Positions 47,229 to 58,700 of a stretch of 64,000 nucleotides of DNA are shown in pieces. Position numbers and translations under genes: made by a program. Numbering within the stretch: the stretch's first letter is position 1; each line of letters starts with the position of its first letter. Below the pieces are notes generated by a model. That model searched no databases, was not told the DNA's origin, and saw only the letters and a list, made by a program, of their open reading frames with translations. The DNA is from an uncultured Lachnospiraceae bacterium (GTDB lineage Bacteria > Bacillota > Clostridia > Lachnospirales > Lachnospiraceae), in assembly GCA_934330725.1 (NCBI GenBank), contig CAKRGM010000001.1, positions 119,398 through 183,397 of the forward strand. The letters are read 5' to 3'.

Positions 47229-47993
47229 ATGCAACTGGAGATTTTTCTGTACGTCATAGCATTTCTTTACGGAATTGTGATAGGAAGCTTTTTGAATGTA
47301 CTTATTTACAGATTACCAATTAAAGAAACTATTGTTACCGACAGGTCTCATTGCATGACATGTGGTAGGCAGATAAAGTGGTATGATCTCATACCACTTG
47401 CCAGCTACATTTTTTTAAGAGGTAAATGCAGATACTGCAAGGCAAAGATTTCAATCCAGTATCCATTGATTGAAGCTCTCAATGGAATTGGATATTTAAT
47501 TATTTTTTGGATAAAAGGCTTCAGTATTGAAAGTGTATTGTTTTGTCTTACATTTTCAATTCTTATTGTTGTGGCAGTCATAGATTTCAGAACATATGAG
47601 ATACCACAATGTCTTAATATTACTGTCGGAGTATTGGGAATATTAAGAGTAATACTTGATTTTAGCGACCTATTAGACTATCTGATAGGTTTTTGTATTA
47701 TCAGTGGCTTTATGTTTATTATTCTTATAATAGGCAGAAAATTAAAAGGTATTGATGCATTTGGCGGCGGAGATATAAAATTAATGGCGGCGGCAGGGCT
47801 GCTGCTTGGCTGGGAGAATATTATTCTGGCATTTCTTATTGGCTGCATACTTGGTGCAGTAATTCATTTGATTCGTATGAGACTTACAAATGAGGATCAC
47901 GTACTTGCATTTGGCCCGTATCTGTGCGGAGGCATTTTTATTGCAATCCTGTTTGGAAACACACTGATAAACTGGTACGTGGGATTATTATAA
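47229..47993 (+). CDS. pilD: Prepilin peptidase (A24 family) PilD
   Basis: CMTCGRQ...CRYCKAKIS zinc motif, polytopic, catalytic GGGDIKLMAAAG. Confidence 0.92.
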   Translation: MQLEIFLYVIAFLYGIVIGSFLNVLIYRLPIKETIVTDRSHCMTCGRQIKWYDLIPLASYIFLRGKCRYCKAKISIQYPLIEALNGIGYLIIFWIKGFSIESVLFCLTFSILIVVAVIDFRTYEIPQCLNITVGVLGILRVILDFSDLLDYLIGFCIISGFMFIILIIGRKLKGIDAFGGGDIKLMAAAGLLLGWENIILAFLIGCILGAVIHLIRMRLTNEDHVLAFGPYLCGGIFIAILFGNTLINWYVGLL

Positions 47994-48018
47994 TCGGGAT
48001 AGGATGGAGGACTTATTA

Positions 48019-49578
48019 ATGGCTTCTAAGATTAAAGACAGAGTCTTGACAATTTCAATCAATAGTGAATTTGTTAAAATATGTGATGTGACCAGAAATG
48101 GTAAAAGCATCACAGTACATAAAATGGCTACAGTGCCTACACCTGAAAATTCATTTTCAGATGGTGCTATAAAGGAAAGGGATGCTTTTGCCAAAGCTAT
48201 AAAGACAGCACTTGATAATAACAGAATAACAACGGACAATGTTATTTTCACAGTGGCGTCTTCAAGAATCGTTTCAAAAGAGGTTGTTATACCAAAGGTA
48301 AAACCTAATAAGATAAGCGATATTGTGAATACGAATGCAGCGGAATATTTTCCGGTAAATATAGATGAACATATTATCCAGCATATAGTTTTAGAGGAGA
48401 TAAAAGAACAAGAGGAAGAAAAGTTAAAGCTTCTTGTAATGGCAGCTCCTTCTAAAATAATTGCTTCTTACTATGGACTTGCATCTGCCATAGGACTTAA
48501 AATTGAGGCAATTGATTATATCGGTAACAGCGTAAGTCAGGTTATCAAACATGAAATCGGTAATTCTTCAAGTATTATTATATATGTAGAAAATGATAGT
48601 ACGATTGTAAATATTTTCCAGAATAATGTACTTAAAATGCAAAGAACAATTCCGTATGGGGAATCGGTAATTGTTGAAGCGTGCATGGAAGAATATGATC
48701 TTGATTATGATGATGCTGTTAAAAAGCTTGAAGATGAACCTGTTATAGGTGAACATATTACAGATAATGCAATAACTGAACAACTTAGGTATTTGATAAG
48801 TAACATTAAGCGTATCATTGATTTCTATGTTTCAAGAAATCTCGTTGGAAACCTTGAAAGTGCATATGTTCTTGGAACTATTGCTTTTATGAAGGGCTTT
48901 GATAATCTTCTTACAAATGAGCTTAATATTTCTTTTACAGGTGTTACCCAGTTAAAGGATGTTATAACTGATAAAAAGACATTTGTAGATGATTCACTTA
49001 TAACAAGCTATATTCCTAACATGGGTGCAGCTTATGCAAGCATTAACTTCAAACCAAAGGGCGTTGATGAAACAAAGAGCTCCAGGAGCACATCAAAGAC
49101 ATTCAAGGTGGCGTTTATTGCAGCTGTTGGCGTAGCAATCATTCTTACAGTTGTACCGGCAGTCCGGATGTTTGTTGCAAAGTCAAAGCTTAAGGTTGTT
49201 AATGAACAGATTGATAAGATAAAGAGTATAGATCAGATTGTAGATGATTTTTATACTGCAAAGGATATTTACACAGATGCTGATAATTTCAGTAAAATGA
49301 CATCTAATAATGATGATAAGCTTGCAGAGTTCCTTAATGAGTTAGAGACTGTTGTGCCATCAGATGTTGCATTTACAAGTATTGCCGTTGACAATGGAAC
49401 ATTTACTGTATCAGGAACAGCTAAGAGCAAGCTGTCTGTGGCTGCACTTATTCAGCAGTTCAGAGGCCTTAAGAATGTGTCCCAGACCAATCTGGCAAGT
49501 GAATCTGAAAGCCTTGATAATTCAGGTGCTCTGACGGTAACATTTTCAATGACATTTAATATAACAGCAGATGAATAG
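48019..49578 (+). CDS. pilM: PilM-PilN fusion protein (pilus alignment complex)
   Basis: N-terminal ~350-aa actin-like PilM fold (VLTISINSEFVKICDV...), one TM helix (FKVAFIAAVGVAIILTVVPAV), then a ~150-aa PilN-like periplasmic-type domain. The ATG at 48019 follows GGAGGA. Confidence 0.8.
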   Translation: MASKIKDRVLTISINSEFVKICDVTRNGKSITVHKMATVPTPENSFSDGAIKERDAFAKAIKTALDNNRITTDNVIFTVASSRIVSKEVVIPKVKPNKISDIVNTNAAEYFPVNIDEHIIQHIVLEEIKEQEEEKLKLLVMAAPSKIIASYYGLASAIGLKIEAIDYIGNSVSQVIKHEIGNSSSIIIYVENDSTIVNIFQNNVLKMQRTIPYGESVIVEACMEEYDLDYDDAVKKLEDEPVIGEHITDNAITEQLRYLISNIKRIIDFYVSRNLVGNLESAYVLGTIAFMKGFDNLLTNELNISFTGVTQLKDVITDKKTFVDDSLITSYIPNMGAAYASINFKPKGVDETKSSRSTSKTFKVAFIAAVGVAIILTVVPAVRMFVAKSKLKVVNEQIDKIKSIDQIVDDFYTAKDIYTDADNFSKMTSNNDDKLAEFLNELETVVPSDVAFTSIAVDNGTFTVSGTAKSKLSVAALIQQFRGLKNVSQTNLASESESLDNSGALTVTFSMTFNITADE

Positions 49579-49590
49579 GAGGTGGGTACG

Positions 49591-50754
49591 ATGAAGAAAA
49601 AGTTGGGTTTAAATATGGAAATCAGTGAAAGAGATAAAAAACTTCTTTGGATATTAGCATCTGTACTCATTGTATTTATTGGCTATTATTTTGGATTTAA
49701 TAAGCTTTCTGCATCTGCAGATAATTATGAGACACAGCTTACACAGGCGCATAAAAAATATGATGATTTGTCAGCAAAATATGCAAAGAAGGATACTTAT
49801 TTAAATGATACAGAGGATTTTAAGAATAAGTATAACACAGTAATTGCTAATTATCAGAATGGAACATCACAGGATACATCTTTAGTATTTTTAAATGATG
49901 TTGAAAAAATCACAGGTGGATGGATAAAGAGTACAGCATTTACAGATGTATCAAGCATATATAAGTTTGGTGCCGTAACATCAACTAATCCGGCTAAATC
50001 AGGAGAGAGCGTTTATTCAACAGATTTTGAAGGATATAAGACTACTTTGACTTTATCCTATGAAGCAAAGTATGATGACTTCAAACAGCTTATATCATTT
50101 TTGAATAACTATTATAGCAAAGTGACAATAGATTCAATTAATATGGCTTACAATCAGGAAGATAATACAGTAAGTGGTTCAATGGTTGTTTCTTCATATT
50201 GTATAACCGGAAGCAGTCGTCCGTTTGCATTTCCTGAGATTGATACACAAAAGGGTACAAATAATCTGTTCTATTCAGCTGTATTCCTTCCAAATATTGT
50301 TGGAAATAAGGAAGATTCAAATGGTAATTATATTCTTGGCGATTATGATTACTATATGCTTCTTAATTCTGCATCATCTGATATTGATGCATGCATTATT
50401 GGCAAGAAGAATGATACAGGCAATACAGTTCTTACATCAAATGAAAACAAGATGGTTGATGCAACTGTAAGATTTGCAGGTTCAGATGGAATTTATACAG
50501 TACAGTATACTATTGATGGAAAGCAGTTCCCATCAGAAAATTACAGTGCAGGATCATCATTTATTCCTGGAAAGACGCTTGATTTCCTTGTAATGAGTTC
50601 CAAGAGGGCATCATCTGATGATAAAAGCGGTGTAAATATTACATTTGTTAATGATACTGATATGGATCTTAATGTTAAGGTTTGCAATGATGATACAACA
50701 AGATCAAGAGTAAATATTACAAAGACTACAGGCGCGGTTAATGTTTACAGGTAA
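49591..50754 (+). CDS. PilO-like bitopic pilus assembly protein with ~250-aa C-terminal extension
   Basis: The ATG at 49591 follows AGGAGG. Short cytoplasmic N-terminus, a TM helix (LLWILASVLIVFIGYYFGF) and a coiled-coil segment. The call rests on position after pilMN and on topology only. Confidence 0.5.
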   Translation: MKKKLGLNMEISERDKKLLWILASVLIVFIGYYFGFNKLSASADNYETQLTQAHKKYDDLSAKYAKKDTYLNDTEDFKNKYNTVIANYQNGTSQDTSLVFLNDVEKITGGWIKSTAFTDVSSIYKFGAVTSTNPAKSGESVYSTDFEGYKTTLTLSYEAKYDDFKQLISFLNNYYSKVTIDSINMAYNQEDNTVSGSMVVSSYCITGSSRPFAFPEIDTQKGTNNLFYSAVFLPNIVGNKEDSNGNYILGDYDYYMLLNSASSDIDACIIGKKNDTGNTVLTSNENKMVDATVRFAGSDGIYTVQYTIDGKQFPSENYSAGSSFIPGKTLDFLVMSSKRASSDDKSGVNITFVNDTDMDLNVKVCNDDTTRSRVNITKTTGAVNVYR

Positions 50755-50836
50755 TTAATTTAAAGCGGATATATTTGTATCCGCTTTTAAATTAATTTAT
50801 GTGTATTTTATTCTGGTGAATTTGGAGAATACTAAT

Positions 50837-52027
50837 ATGTATATGAGATTCAAAAAAGCTAATCAAAAGACCAAAAAGAATAATGGCGGTTTCTCGCTGA
50901 TTGAAGTGCTTGTGGCCATAGTCATACTTGCGATTATTGCAGCGACAATACTCAGTGTTTTTGCATCATCGGCCAAGATAAATAATAAGGCGAGACAACA
51001 GGAAAATGCTAACACTGTTGCCCAGCTTATGACAGAAAGACTTAAAGGTCTTAATATCGATGCGATTGTATCGGCCCTTGATGGACCTGAAAGTTCAAGT
51101 CACCCCTACGGACTTGACAGTTACACGAAAACCGTATCAGATAAAACAGGTGAGACGGTCTATGTGTTTAATACAACAGCACTTGATCTGAATGGTAATC
51201 CGTATGTTGATGGAACATCAGTGGGGGATAAGTTCTATGCCAGCATTGAACTTAATCCTGATGATTATTCAGACAAAGAAAACCCGTCAGATGCTGTCGG
51301 TGATAAAGAAAAAAATAATATCAATTCTGATATGCCTTCATTTAATGATGTACTGTCTGATGATAATTGTGTTGTTTTAAGACAGATTTCACAGCATGAT
51401 ATTGATGCTGAGAATGCATTTAAATCAAAGGGTGAGACATTAAGGTCAAGAAATGTATCAATTGAAGAGCAGATTAAAGAAGATTTAGGAAATGTATTCC
51501 AGAATATAAAGATGATAATTACTTATAATGGCTCAGGTTCATCAACTAAGGTTTATGAATACGACCTTGAGAATTTTGATGTAACGGCTGATACAACCAA
51601 TCCAAAGAATTTTTATTTGTTTTACAAGCCGTATTCTAATGAAGATAAAGTTTCTTTTAAAGTGGATTCTGCAATTAGTGCCGCATCATTTGACAAAAAT
51701 ATTAATCTTTATCTTATAAAGCAGGACAATAGCAGTGTTACAGATTTTAAATGGAATAATGTTTCATTTACACCTGATTCACAGGCAAATATTATAAAGC
51801 AAAATCCGGACAGGACAACAGGGCTTGGAATTAAAAGAAATATTAATTTCTATTCTAATGTAGATGGTATCCAGACTGGAGGCAGTAATTCCATAACACA
51901 TAATTCAGCCGAAAACAGTGAAGTCAGGTATTTATATAATATGCAGATTAAGATATGGGTCAATCAGACAGTACCATCTGATAAGAGCAATCCGTATCTT
52001 ACTATAACGTCAACCAAAGACAATTAG
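50837..52027 (+). CDS. Minor pilin-like protein (397 aa)
   Basis: Prepilin motif KKNNG / GFSLIEVLVAIVILAIIA. The ATG at 50837 follows GGAG. Confidence 0.8.
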   Translation: MYMRFKKANQKTKKNNGGFSLIEVLVAIVILAIIAATILSVFASSAKINNKARQQENANTVAQLMTERLKGLNIDAIVSALDGPESSSHPYGLDSYTKTVSDKTGETVYVFNTTALDLNGNPYVDGTSVGDKFYASIELNPDDYSDKENPSDAVGDKEKNNINSDMPSFNDVLSDDNCVVLRQISQHDIDAENAFKSKGETLRSRNVSIEEQIKEDLGNVFQNIKMIITYNGSGSSTKVYEYDLENFDVTADTTNPKNFYLFYKPYSNEDKVSFKVDSAISAASFDKNINLYLIKQDNSSVTDFKWNNVSFTPDSQANIIKQNPDRTTGLGIKRNINFYSNVDGIQTGGSNSITHNSAENSEVRYLYNMQIKIWVNQTVPSDKSNPYLTITSTKDN

Positions 52028-52035
52028 GGAAAGGG

Positions 52036-54438
52036 ATGGACTTTATGAAAATTTTAAATGGACTTGGAAGAAAAAAGAATAATAAGGGTTCTACATTTGA
52101 AATTGTACTTGTATCGATTTCTCTTATTGCCATTTTGGCTATTCTTGCAATAACAGCTGCATTAATGAACCTCAATATGAAGGTTATGGATAAGAATGCA
52201 AAAAAGAGCTTTTATACAGCAGAAGAAGCAGTTGATGAACTTTATGCAGGGCTTGGTAAATTAAGTATGGAAAGCCTTGAAAAATCTTATATGAAGCAGC
52301 TTGATACTATTACTGACGGTTCTGACAATAAAAAGTGTAACGAACAGTTACGAAAGGATTTTACCGAAAGCGTTTTAAAGGAACTGTTTCCTAAATTCAC
52401 ATGGGATGGTAAGGCTGTCGGAAGTGAAATATTTAATCAGGGCAACAAAGATTATGATGATTCAGATGGTGGTACATTTGCAAATCGTCTGACAAAGAAT
52501 TATATAGAAGATAACAGATATATCAAGGTTAAGTCTGTAGGTGATACACGCATTAATAAGAGTGCAAGTACATTTGCATCTGCATCATCAGATATATCCA
52601 ATTATTCAGTTGAATTTAAAGACTGTGTACTTGAATATCGCAATGAAAGTGGTTATCTTACAACTGTAAAGATTGACTGCAAGCTTGCAATTCCTGATGT
52701 TATGGTTGCATTTTCAGACGGAGTTGGCAACAGGCTTACAACATTTGATTCGTATTCCATTATTGGCTGCAGTGGTGTGGAAGTACAGAATAACCTTAAT
52801 GTGAATGGAACAAAGGTATTTGCCGGTAAGAATAATGATGTCAATGCTGATGTAAGCGGACTTAAGATGGATGCAAATGCATCACTTAATGTTAAGCAGG
52901 CTTCAGGCGTCGAATATGGTTCCACGATTGTTGCACAGGATGATCTTCATCTTGTTGATGCCGGTAATGTGACAGTTGACAGACTTTCAAAGCTTTGGGC
53001 AGAAAATATCAAAGCAGATGGACAAAAAAACAATCTGGTACTTGGAGGCTCTTCCTATGTAGAGGATGATCTTACATTAAATGGTGATGACAGCAGGGTT
53101 ACAATTGACGGAGACTACGCAGGATGGAGTTATAAGGGCGTTGTTAATGACAATCATACGGAAAGCAGTGCCATGATTGTTAATGGAAAGAATTCAACAC
53201 TGGATATGCAGGGTATAAACAGCCTTCTTCTTGGAGGAAGATCTTATATCAATTTCAGTTCTGCTTCAGGAAAAATGTATATGACAGGTGAATCAGTTTC
53301 GTTAAAAGGTAATCAGGAAATATATCTTATACCGGACGAATTTATTCAGGTTGCTTCAGGCTCATATCATTCAAATCCTGCACCGACCGGACAGGCTGTA
53401 ACAGTAAATATACCGGATAACTTTTATCCGAAACAGCAGGGGTGGCTTGAAGGCAATGGTTATACAACGGTTAACAATGGTGCATTTACATATTATTATC
53501 TTAATATAAAGAATGATAAAAAGGCTGAATATGTTCAGGCAGTTCTTGATGGTAAGGATTCTTATCTTTCAACACTGAAAGCAAGACTTACAGCTGATGT
53601 CACAGCTTTAAAGCAGGAATCAGTTATACGTTTTGCTAATGATACATCTAAGCTTTATGTAAATGGAGGGCTTCTTACTGTATCAAAGAGTGCAGATGGC
53701 GAATCAAGCTCAGTAGGAAGTAATACAGCAGGAAACAGTATGTCATACGATGTATTTACAAAGAAATGCCTTGATATTGATACACGTTTCGATTTGTTGT
53801 GTCATATCCTTTACGAACCTGATGCAAATGATGCAACAACATTTACATCATATCCGGACACAATAACACTTAACGGACAGAATATCAGTGTATTTGGAAC
53901 GGATAAGAAGGGTGTATTTGAAAATATCATCAATCAGTCATATTTAAATCATATGGTTGAGAGGGATGAAGGTGGAGTTAAGAAAACAGAACCATATATG
54001 ACAACCGGTAAAAAGGCTGATATATCTTCAGACAGTTTTAAGGTTTATGTAACTAAAGAAGATAATATTACTGTAAGCCAGCTTAATTTTCACGGAAGTA
54101 TGGGAATGAGCGACGGTATTATAATATCAACCGGGAATGTTACAGTTGACCGCGATTTTAACGGTATTATAATAGCTGCGGGGGTTGTTACTGTAAAAGG
54201 TAATGTTACGGTTACTAATACATATGCGGTAAAGGCGCTTAATTCAGACTGTGCAATTGAGCAGATGTTAAATCTGCTGTCATCTGATGACAGAGAGAAA
54301 GTAAAGAAATTCTTTATGGCATATAACGATAAAGATGACATTGATGATTCGAACGAAGATCCACTAGGCAAGAGTATTGAAGGTGTTACATATAAGGATA
54401 TTGTAAACTTCAGTAACTGGTCGAAAAATAGTGATTGA
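52036..54438 (+). CDS. Giant PilX-like minor pilin / pilus-associated protein (800 aa)
   Basis: N-terminus KNNKGSTFEIVLVSISLIAILAILAITAAL followed by KKSFYTAEEAVDELYAGL, like PilX N-terminal domains. The C-terminal region has beta-helix-like repeats (GIIISTGNVTVDRDFNGIIIAAGVVTVKGNVTVTNT). Confidence 0.6.
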   Translation: MDFMKILNGLGRKKNNKGSTFEIVLVSISLIAILAILAITAALMNLNMKVMDKNAKKSFYTAEEAVDELYAGLGKLSMESLEKSYMKQLDTITDGSDNKKCNEQLRKDFTESVLKELFPKFTWDGKAVGSEIFNQGNKDYDDSDGGTFANRLTKNYIEDNRYIKVKSVGDTRINKSASTFASASSDISNYSVEFKDCVLEYRNESGYLTTVKIDCKLAIPDVMVAFSDGVGNRLTTFDSYSIIGCSGVEVQNNLNVNGTKVFAGKNNDVNADVSGLKMDANASLNVKQASGVEYGSTIVAQDDLHLVDAGNVTVDRLSKLWAENIKADGQKNNLVLGGSSYVEDDLTLNGDDSRVTIDGDYAGWSYKGVVNDNHTESSAMIVNGKNSTLDMQGINSLLLGGRSYINFSSASGKMYMTGESVSLKGNQEIYLIPDEFIQVASGSYHSNPAPTGQAVTVNIPDNFYPKQQGWLEGNGYTTVNNGAFTYYYLNIKNDKKAEYVQAVLDGKDSYLSTLKARLTADVTALKQESVIRFANDTSKLYVNGGLLTVSKSADGESSSVGSNTAGNSMSYDVFTKKCLDIDTRFDLLCHILYEPDANDATTFTSYPDTITLNGQNISVFGTDKKGVFENIINQSYLNHMVERDEGGVKKTEPYMTTGKKADISSDSFKVYVTKEDNITVSQLNFHGSMGMSDGIIISTGNVTVDRDFNGIIIAAGVVTVKGNVTVTNTYAVKALNSDCAIEQMLNLLSSDDREKVKKFFMAYNDKDDIDDSNEDPLGKSIEGVTYKDIVNFSNWSKNSD

Positions 54439-54441
54439 TGA

Positions 54442-55047
54442 ATGGCGGTGGCAATCATGCAGAAAAAACTGAGAATACATAACAGAATATTTATTGATAA
54501 GAGCAACGGTCAGGATAATTCTAATAAAGGATTTTCGCTTATCGAGCTTATAGTTGTAATTGCGGTTATGGTAGTTGTTACCGGATTCATCGTATATGGT
54601 GTAAGTGTTTTAAGCTCAGGTGATGCTAATAAAGCATCGAAGACTATATATAACCAGCTTACATCTACACAGAGAAGTACATTATCCATGTCAGGCAAGT
54701 GGTCACTTGAAATAATAAATAATTCGGGAACTAATACTTTAAATATTTATAGAGATGATGGAACTGGAAATCAGCTGCAGACATCAGAAAAGTTAGGCTC
54801 AAGGATTGAACTTTCATATAATACAAAGAATGATGAAGCATCAGCGCAGCAGCTTGGAAATGGTGACAGACTCATAGTTACATTTGAAAGAAGTACAGGC
54901 AAGATTCTTGACGTAACAAAAAATGGAAGCAGTATTTATGATTCAGGTAAAACGGATCTTTACATCATGGCAAATGGAAGAGGTTCATCATCAAATTACA
55001 CTGTAAAGGTGATATATGCAACCGGTAAAATTATTTCAGAAAATTAA
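54442..55047 (+). CDS. Minor pilin-like protein (about 200 aa)
   Basis: Prepilin motif NSNKG / FSLIELIVVIAVMVVV. The start is 54442 or ATG 54457. Confidence 0.8.
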   Translation: MAVAIMQKKLRIHNRIFIDKSNGQDNSNKGFSLIELIVVIAVMVVVTGFIVYGVSVLSSGDANKASKTIYNQLTSTQRSTLSMSGKWSLEIINNSGTNTLNIYRDDGTGNQLQTSEKLGSRIELSYNTKNDEASAQQLGNGDRLIVTFERSTGKILDVTKNGSSIYDSGKTDLYIMANGRGSSSNYTVKVIYATGKIISEN

Positions 55048-55110
55048 TTATTTTTAATTATAATTAATAAGATACGAGGTTTATATAGGTATGGAAGGAG
55101 ATTTCTGCTA

Positions 55111-55770
55111 ATGAAATTGAATAATAAAGGTTTATCACTTGTTGAACTGCTGGTTGCATTAGCAGTGAGTCTCATAGTAATATCTGCGGTGGTCGCCTTA
55201 ATAGGTAATGGCGTTAATTCAAGCAGAAAGCAGGTTAATCAGGCACAGGTTCAGGAAGAAGCAAATATTACAATGAATAATATATCTGATTCTGTTATGG
55301 AGGCATCAGATCTTAAGATAAGCACATCCGGTACAGGGGATAAGAATACTATTCTTTTAAGAGTGGATTCGAGTACAGGTGAATACAAAGAATACGTGTT
55401 TAACGAAAGTAAACATGAGCTTTATATTAATACGCAGGCGACAGAAGCTGATCCTAATGACAGTGCAGTTCAAAACAATCTGTTATGTTCAAATGTGACA
55501 TCATTTAAAGTACAGATAATGAGTACAAGTCTTGAGACTGAAGGTGATAATCTTAATACAGTTATTAAAAAGATTAAAAATCCAATACAGTTAAAGGTTT
55601 CAATAACATTGGAAAAATCAGGATTTAAGCGTGATATTTCCAGAGTTACAGGCTTACGAAACAGTCTGGATGAAATTGGTTTAAAGAAGCAAGGTGATAT
55701 AAGCTACACTGGTATCAATAAACAGGATGAAGCTGATTATCTTAATAATCTCGATGTTATAGCAAAGTGA
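55111..55770 (+). CDS. Minor pilin-like protein (219 aa, PilW-like)
   Basis: Prepilin motif MKLNNKG / LSLVELLVALAVSLIVI. Confidence 0.8.
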   Translation: MKLNNKGLSLVELLVALAVSLIVISAVVALIGNGVNSSRKQVNQAQVQEEANITMNNISDSVMEASDLKISTSGTGDKNTILLRVDSSTGEYKEYVFNESKHELYINTQATEADPNDSAVQNNLLCSNVTSFKVQIMSTSLETEGDNLNTVIKKIKNPIQLKVSITLEKSGFKRDISRVTGLRNSLDEIGLKKQGDISYTGINKQDEADYLNNLDVIAK

Positions 55771-55780
55771 GGTCTACCAA

Positions 55781-58700
55781 ATGTCTATATTTAAGAAAAA
55801 AGAAGATAAAAAAAGCAATACAAAAAAAACATATATGGGATATGCACCTAAAATGCGCAAAGTAAGGTTTGGACGCAAAGGAATTATTGGAGTTTGTGCA
55901 GCGGCAATTCTTATATGTGCGGTATCGGTTACAGCATTTGTTATAAACAGAAAATCAAAGGTGTATGCGGTTGACAGGGAGATTTCCGCTGATGGATATA
56001 TACATATACTGGAAATAGTTCCAGACTATTCATATGATGAAATGTCTCTTTCAGTAAATGACCCGGATGGACTTATTTCATGGGAAAAGTTTATTGCAAC
56101 ATGTCCTACAGGACAAAATAACAGGGACAAAATAATTGAATTTATTAATAATGACCTTAAAAGATATATTGAAGCACAAAGATCTACTCTCGATTATAAA
56201 GCACCTTATATATGGTGCTATAATCCTGACAGTGGTAAATTCTACAGCAGGGAAAATGGACTTATATATGATAATCTTGTGGGAGATCTTGATAATCTTG
56301 GATATGATCTTAAAAAGATTAAGATTGGACTTTTTAATGAAGACGGAACCCCTGTAGAAGCAGGTAAAAGTGTTAAGAATCATTTCGGATACCAGGTATT
56401 TGGAACCAATGATGAACAGGTGCAGTACGATGAAGACGGTAATGTTAAAATGAAGCTTGTTGTAAAGCTTGCAGGAGATGTGACTGAAAATGATATAGAT
56501 GATGCCGATATGGTATATCTTACAGGTAGTTCACATGCAGGTATTTCAGTGGATACTTACAGCAGCATTTATAACAGAATCTATCCGGACAAAAAAATGG
56601 ATTCGGGTTCTGCTGCCAACTGGAATTCGGGACAGAAAAGTGACCTTAAAGCAGAAACAGCATTTTATCTGTATAAGGAATATACTGTAGGAAAGATTGT
56701 ATTATATAATTCTGCTGATATTAATGGTGGAGAAAATAATGTACAGCGTGTGTGTTCGCTTTTTACATCAATAGATCCGGAAACATTCATCAGGGAATGG
56801 GCAGATAAAAAGAATGATGATGGAAGCTATAGTGGAACTAGAGGAAAAGTTACATTTGAAATGAATGATAACAAAAAATATGAACTGATAAATATTGTCT
56901 ATACAGACAACTATGGACAGGAACAAAGGATGCAGTTTGGTTCTTTAATGTTTGCATATGATAATACACTTGATCAGGATCAAAAGAACAAGTATCCATA
57001 TTATAGCTGGCCGGATAGCGGACAGTTTGTATCCCCGAACTGTTATGTATTTAACTCGGATACTTCAACTACCAGAAATTTTTCAAATGAGGTTGTAAAG
57101 GGCGAAGATTATAAGGATGGATTATATAAAGGTACATCATTTACAGAGGCACGTAAGTATAATGGCCTTTCTGAAGACCAGGCCATGAGTCCTAAACAGG
57201 TAGTACGTTACCTGTTTGGCGGTATTTTGAAAAATTCAACTGACGTAAAAGTACTCGAAATAGAGCCATGCCGTGATTTTAAGTATTATTATGATCCAAA
57301 TGGCAGTCAGGAAGATAAGGAAAAGGCTTTATACAATATAAGGACATTTGCTAACTATTATAAGTTCTCGATATATACAAAGCTTACTACTACACAGTCT
57401 TATGAGAATTATATAAATAACAGCAGTAATAAGAGGATTACTTTTGACTGTGTTACATCAGCACAGTTCAATGGCATGAATGATGATTTGATTGCAAAGT
57501 ATGATCTTATTGTTGTGGGTTCTTCTGATGGCCTTTTAAATAAAGATGATAATGGCAGGACGATTTATAATGATACAAACCTCGATGGATATGTATATCT
57601 TGCATATGGTGATCTTATAAAGACATCAACGGCACTTACGGGCTATTTTGCAGATGATTATGTCTGTGCGGATAATCTTCAGCTTGGTACAGGAATAAGC
57701 AAAAATCAAAATGATGGATTTGCATCGACAACAAATCTTGGCATTGATAATACTAAAATATTCAGTAAGAATAACACCAACAATGTCGGACAGTCAGTAT
57801 GGAATCCGGGAGCATTTTCTGTATTGTCGGGGCTTAATGGCGATTATTTTGTACTCAGGGATGTAAGCAGTAAAGTAAACTCAATAAGAAATGCTTCGGA
57901 TTACTATAACGAACCACTTGGAAATGCACGTTTTTCAGATAATGATATTACTGCAAAGCAACAGGCTAAGCTTCAGGAATTTATAGATGCACGAAAACCT
58001 GTTTTATTTGATGAAGGCGTTTCACCGTGTAAACCGGATGGTGAGTGTCTGGTTTATCCTACGGCACATCTTAAATCATATGTATTAGGTAACACTGCGA
58101 ATGAATATGCAGTAAATGAAACAAAGGCAAAGGCTGGCGCTCTTAAGTCAATGGAACTGAACCGGATTGTTATCAATTCATGCAGTGCTACTTATAATGA
58201 CGGACAGGGAGTAAAACAGGTACCTGAATGCAGATACGTAGATACTTCAGATTCACAGAAGGGTAATCTTATTGACAGCAGCTGTATAATAAAAAATGTC
58301 AATGCGCTTAATTATAATATTAATTTCACATCATTGCCAGGACATACATATACGGTAAAAATGCTGGTTGATAAGAATGCTGATGGACTTTATTCAGAAG
58401 ATGACAGGTCTGATGATACAAATGAGGTATATTATAATCAGACAATAGCAGGTTCAAATGATGCTAATACAGTATATAGTTTTGAAACACCGCTGCCAGA
58501 AGGGTATAATGGTCTTCTTTCATGGCGTATAGTTATCACTGATAATGAGACAAAGGCAAGACAGATAACTGACGGCTGTTTTGCAATAACAGGTGAGACT
58601 AAAGAGGTAAATGTACTCCAGATATTGCCGGATGACAAGGCCAACAGCACACTTGATATGGAAAACAACCAAAAGTTCCGTACACTTCTTAAACAGGCTA

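Noticed and set aside
47108-47323. 71-aa ORF spanning the pilA stop and pilD start, and other short ORFs nested in pilus genes (49352..49534, 50225..50470, 51192..51380, 56136..56357, 56499..56690)
   Set aside because: They are out-of-frame overlaps with strongly supported genes. They have no RBS and an implausible composition.
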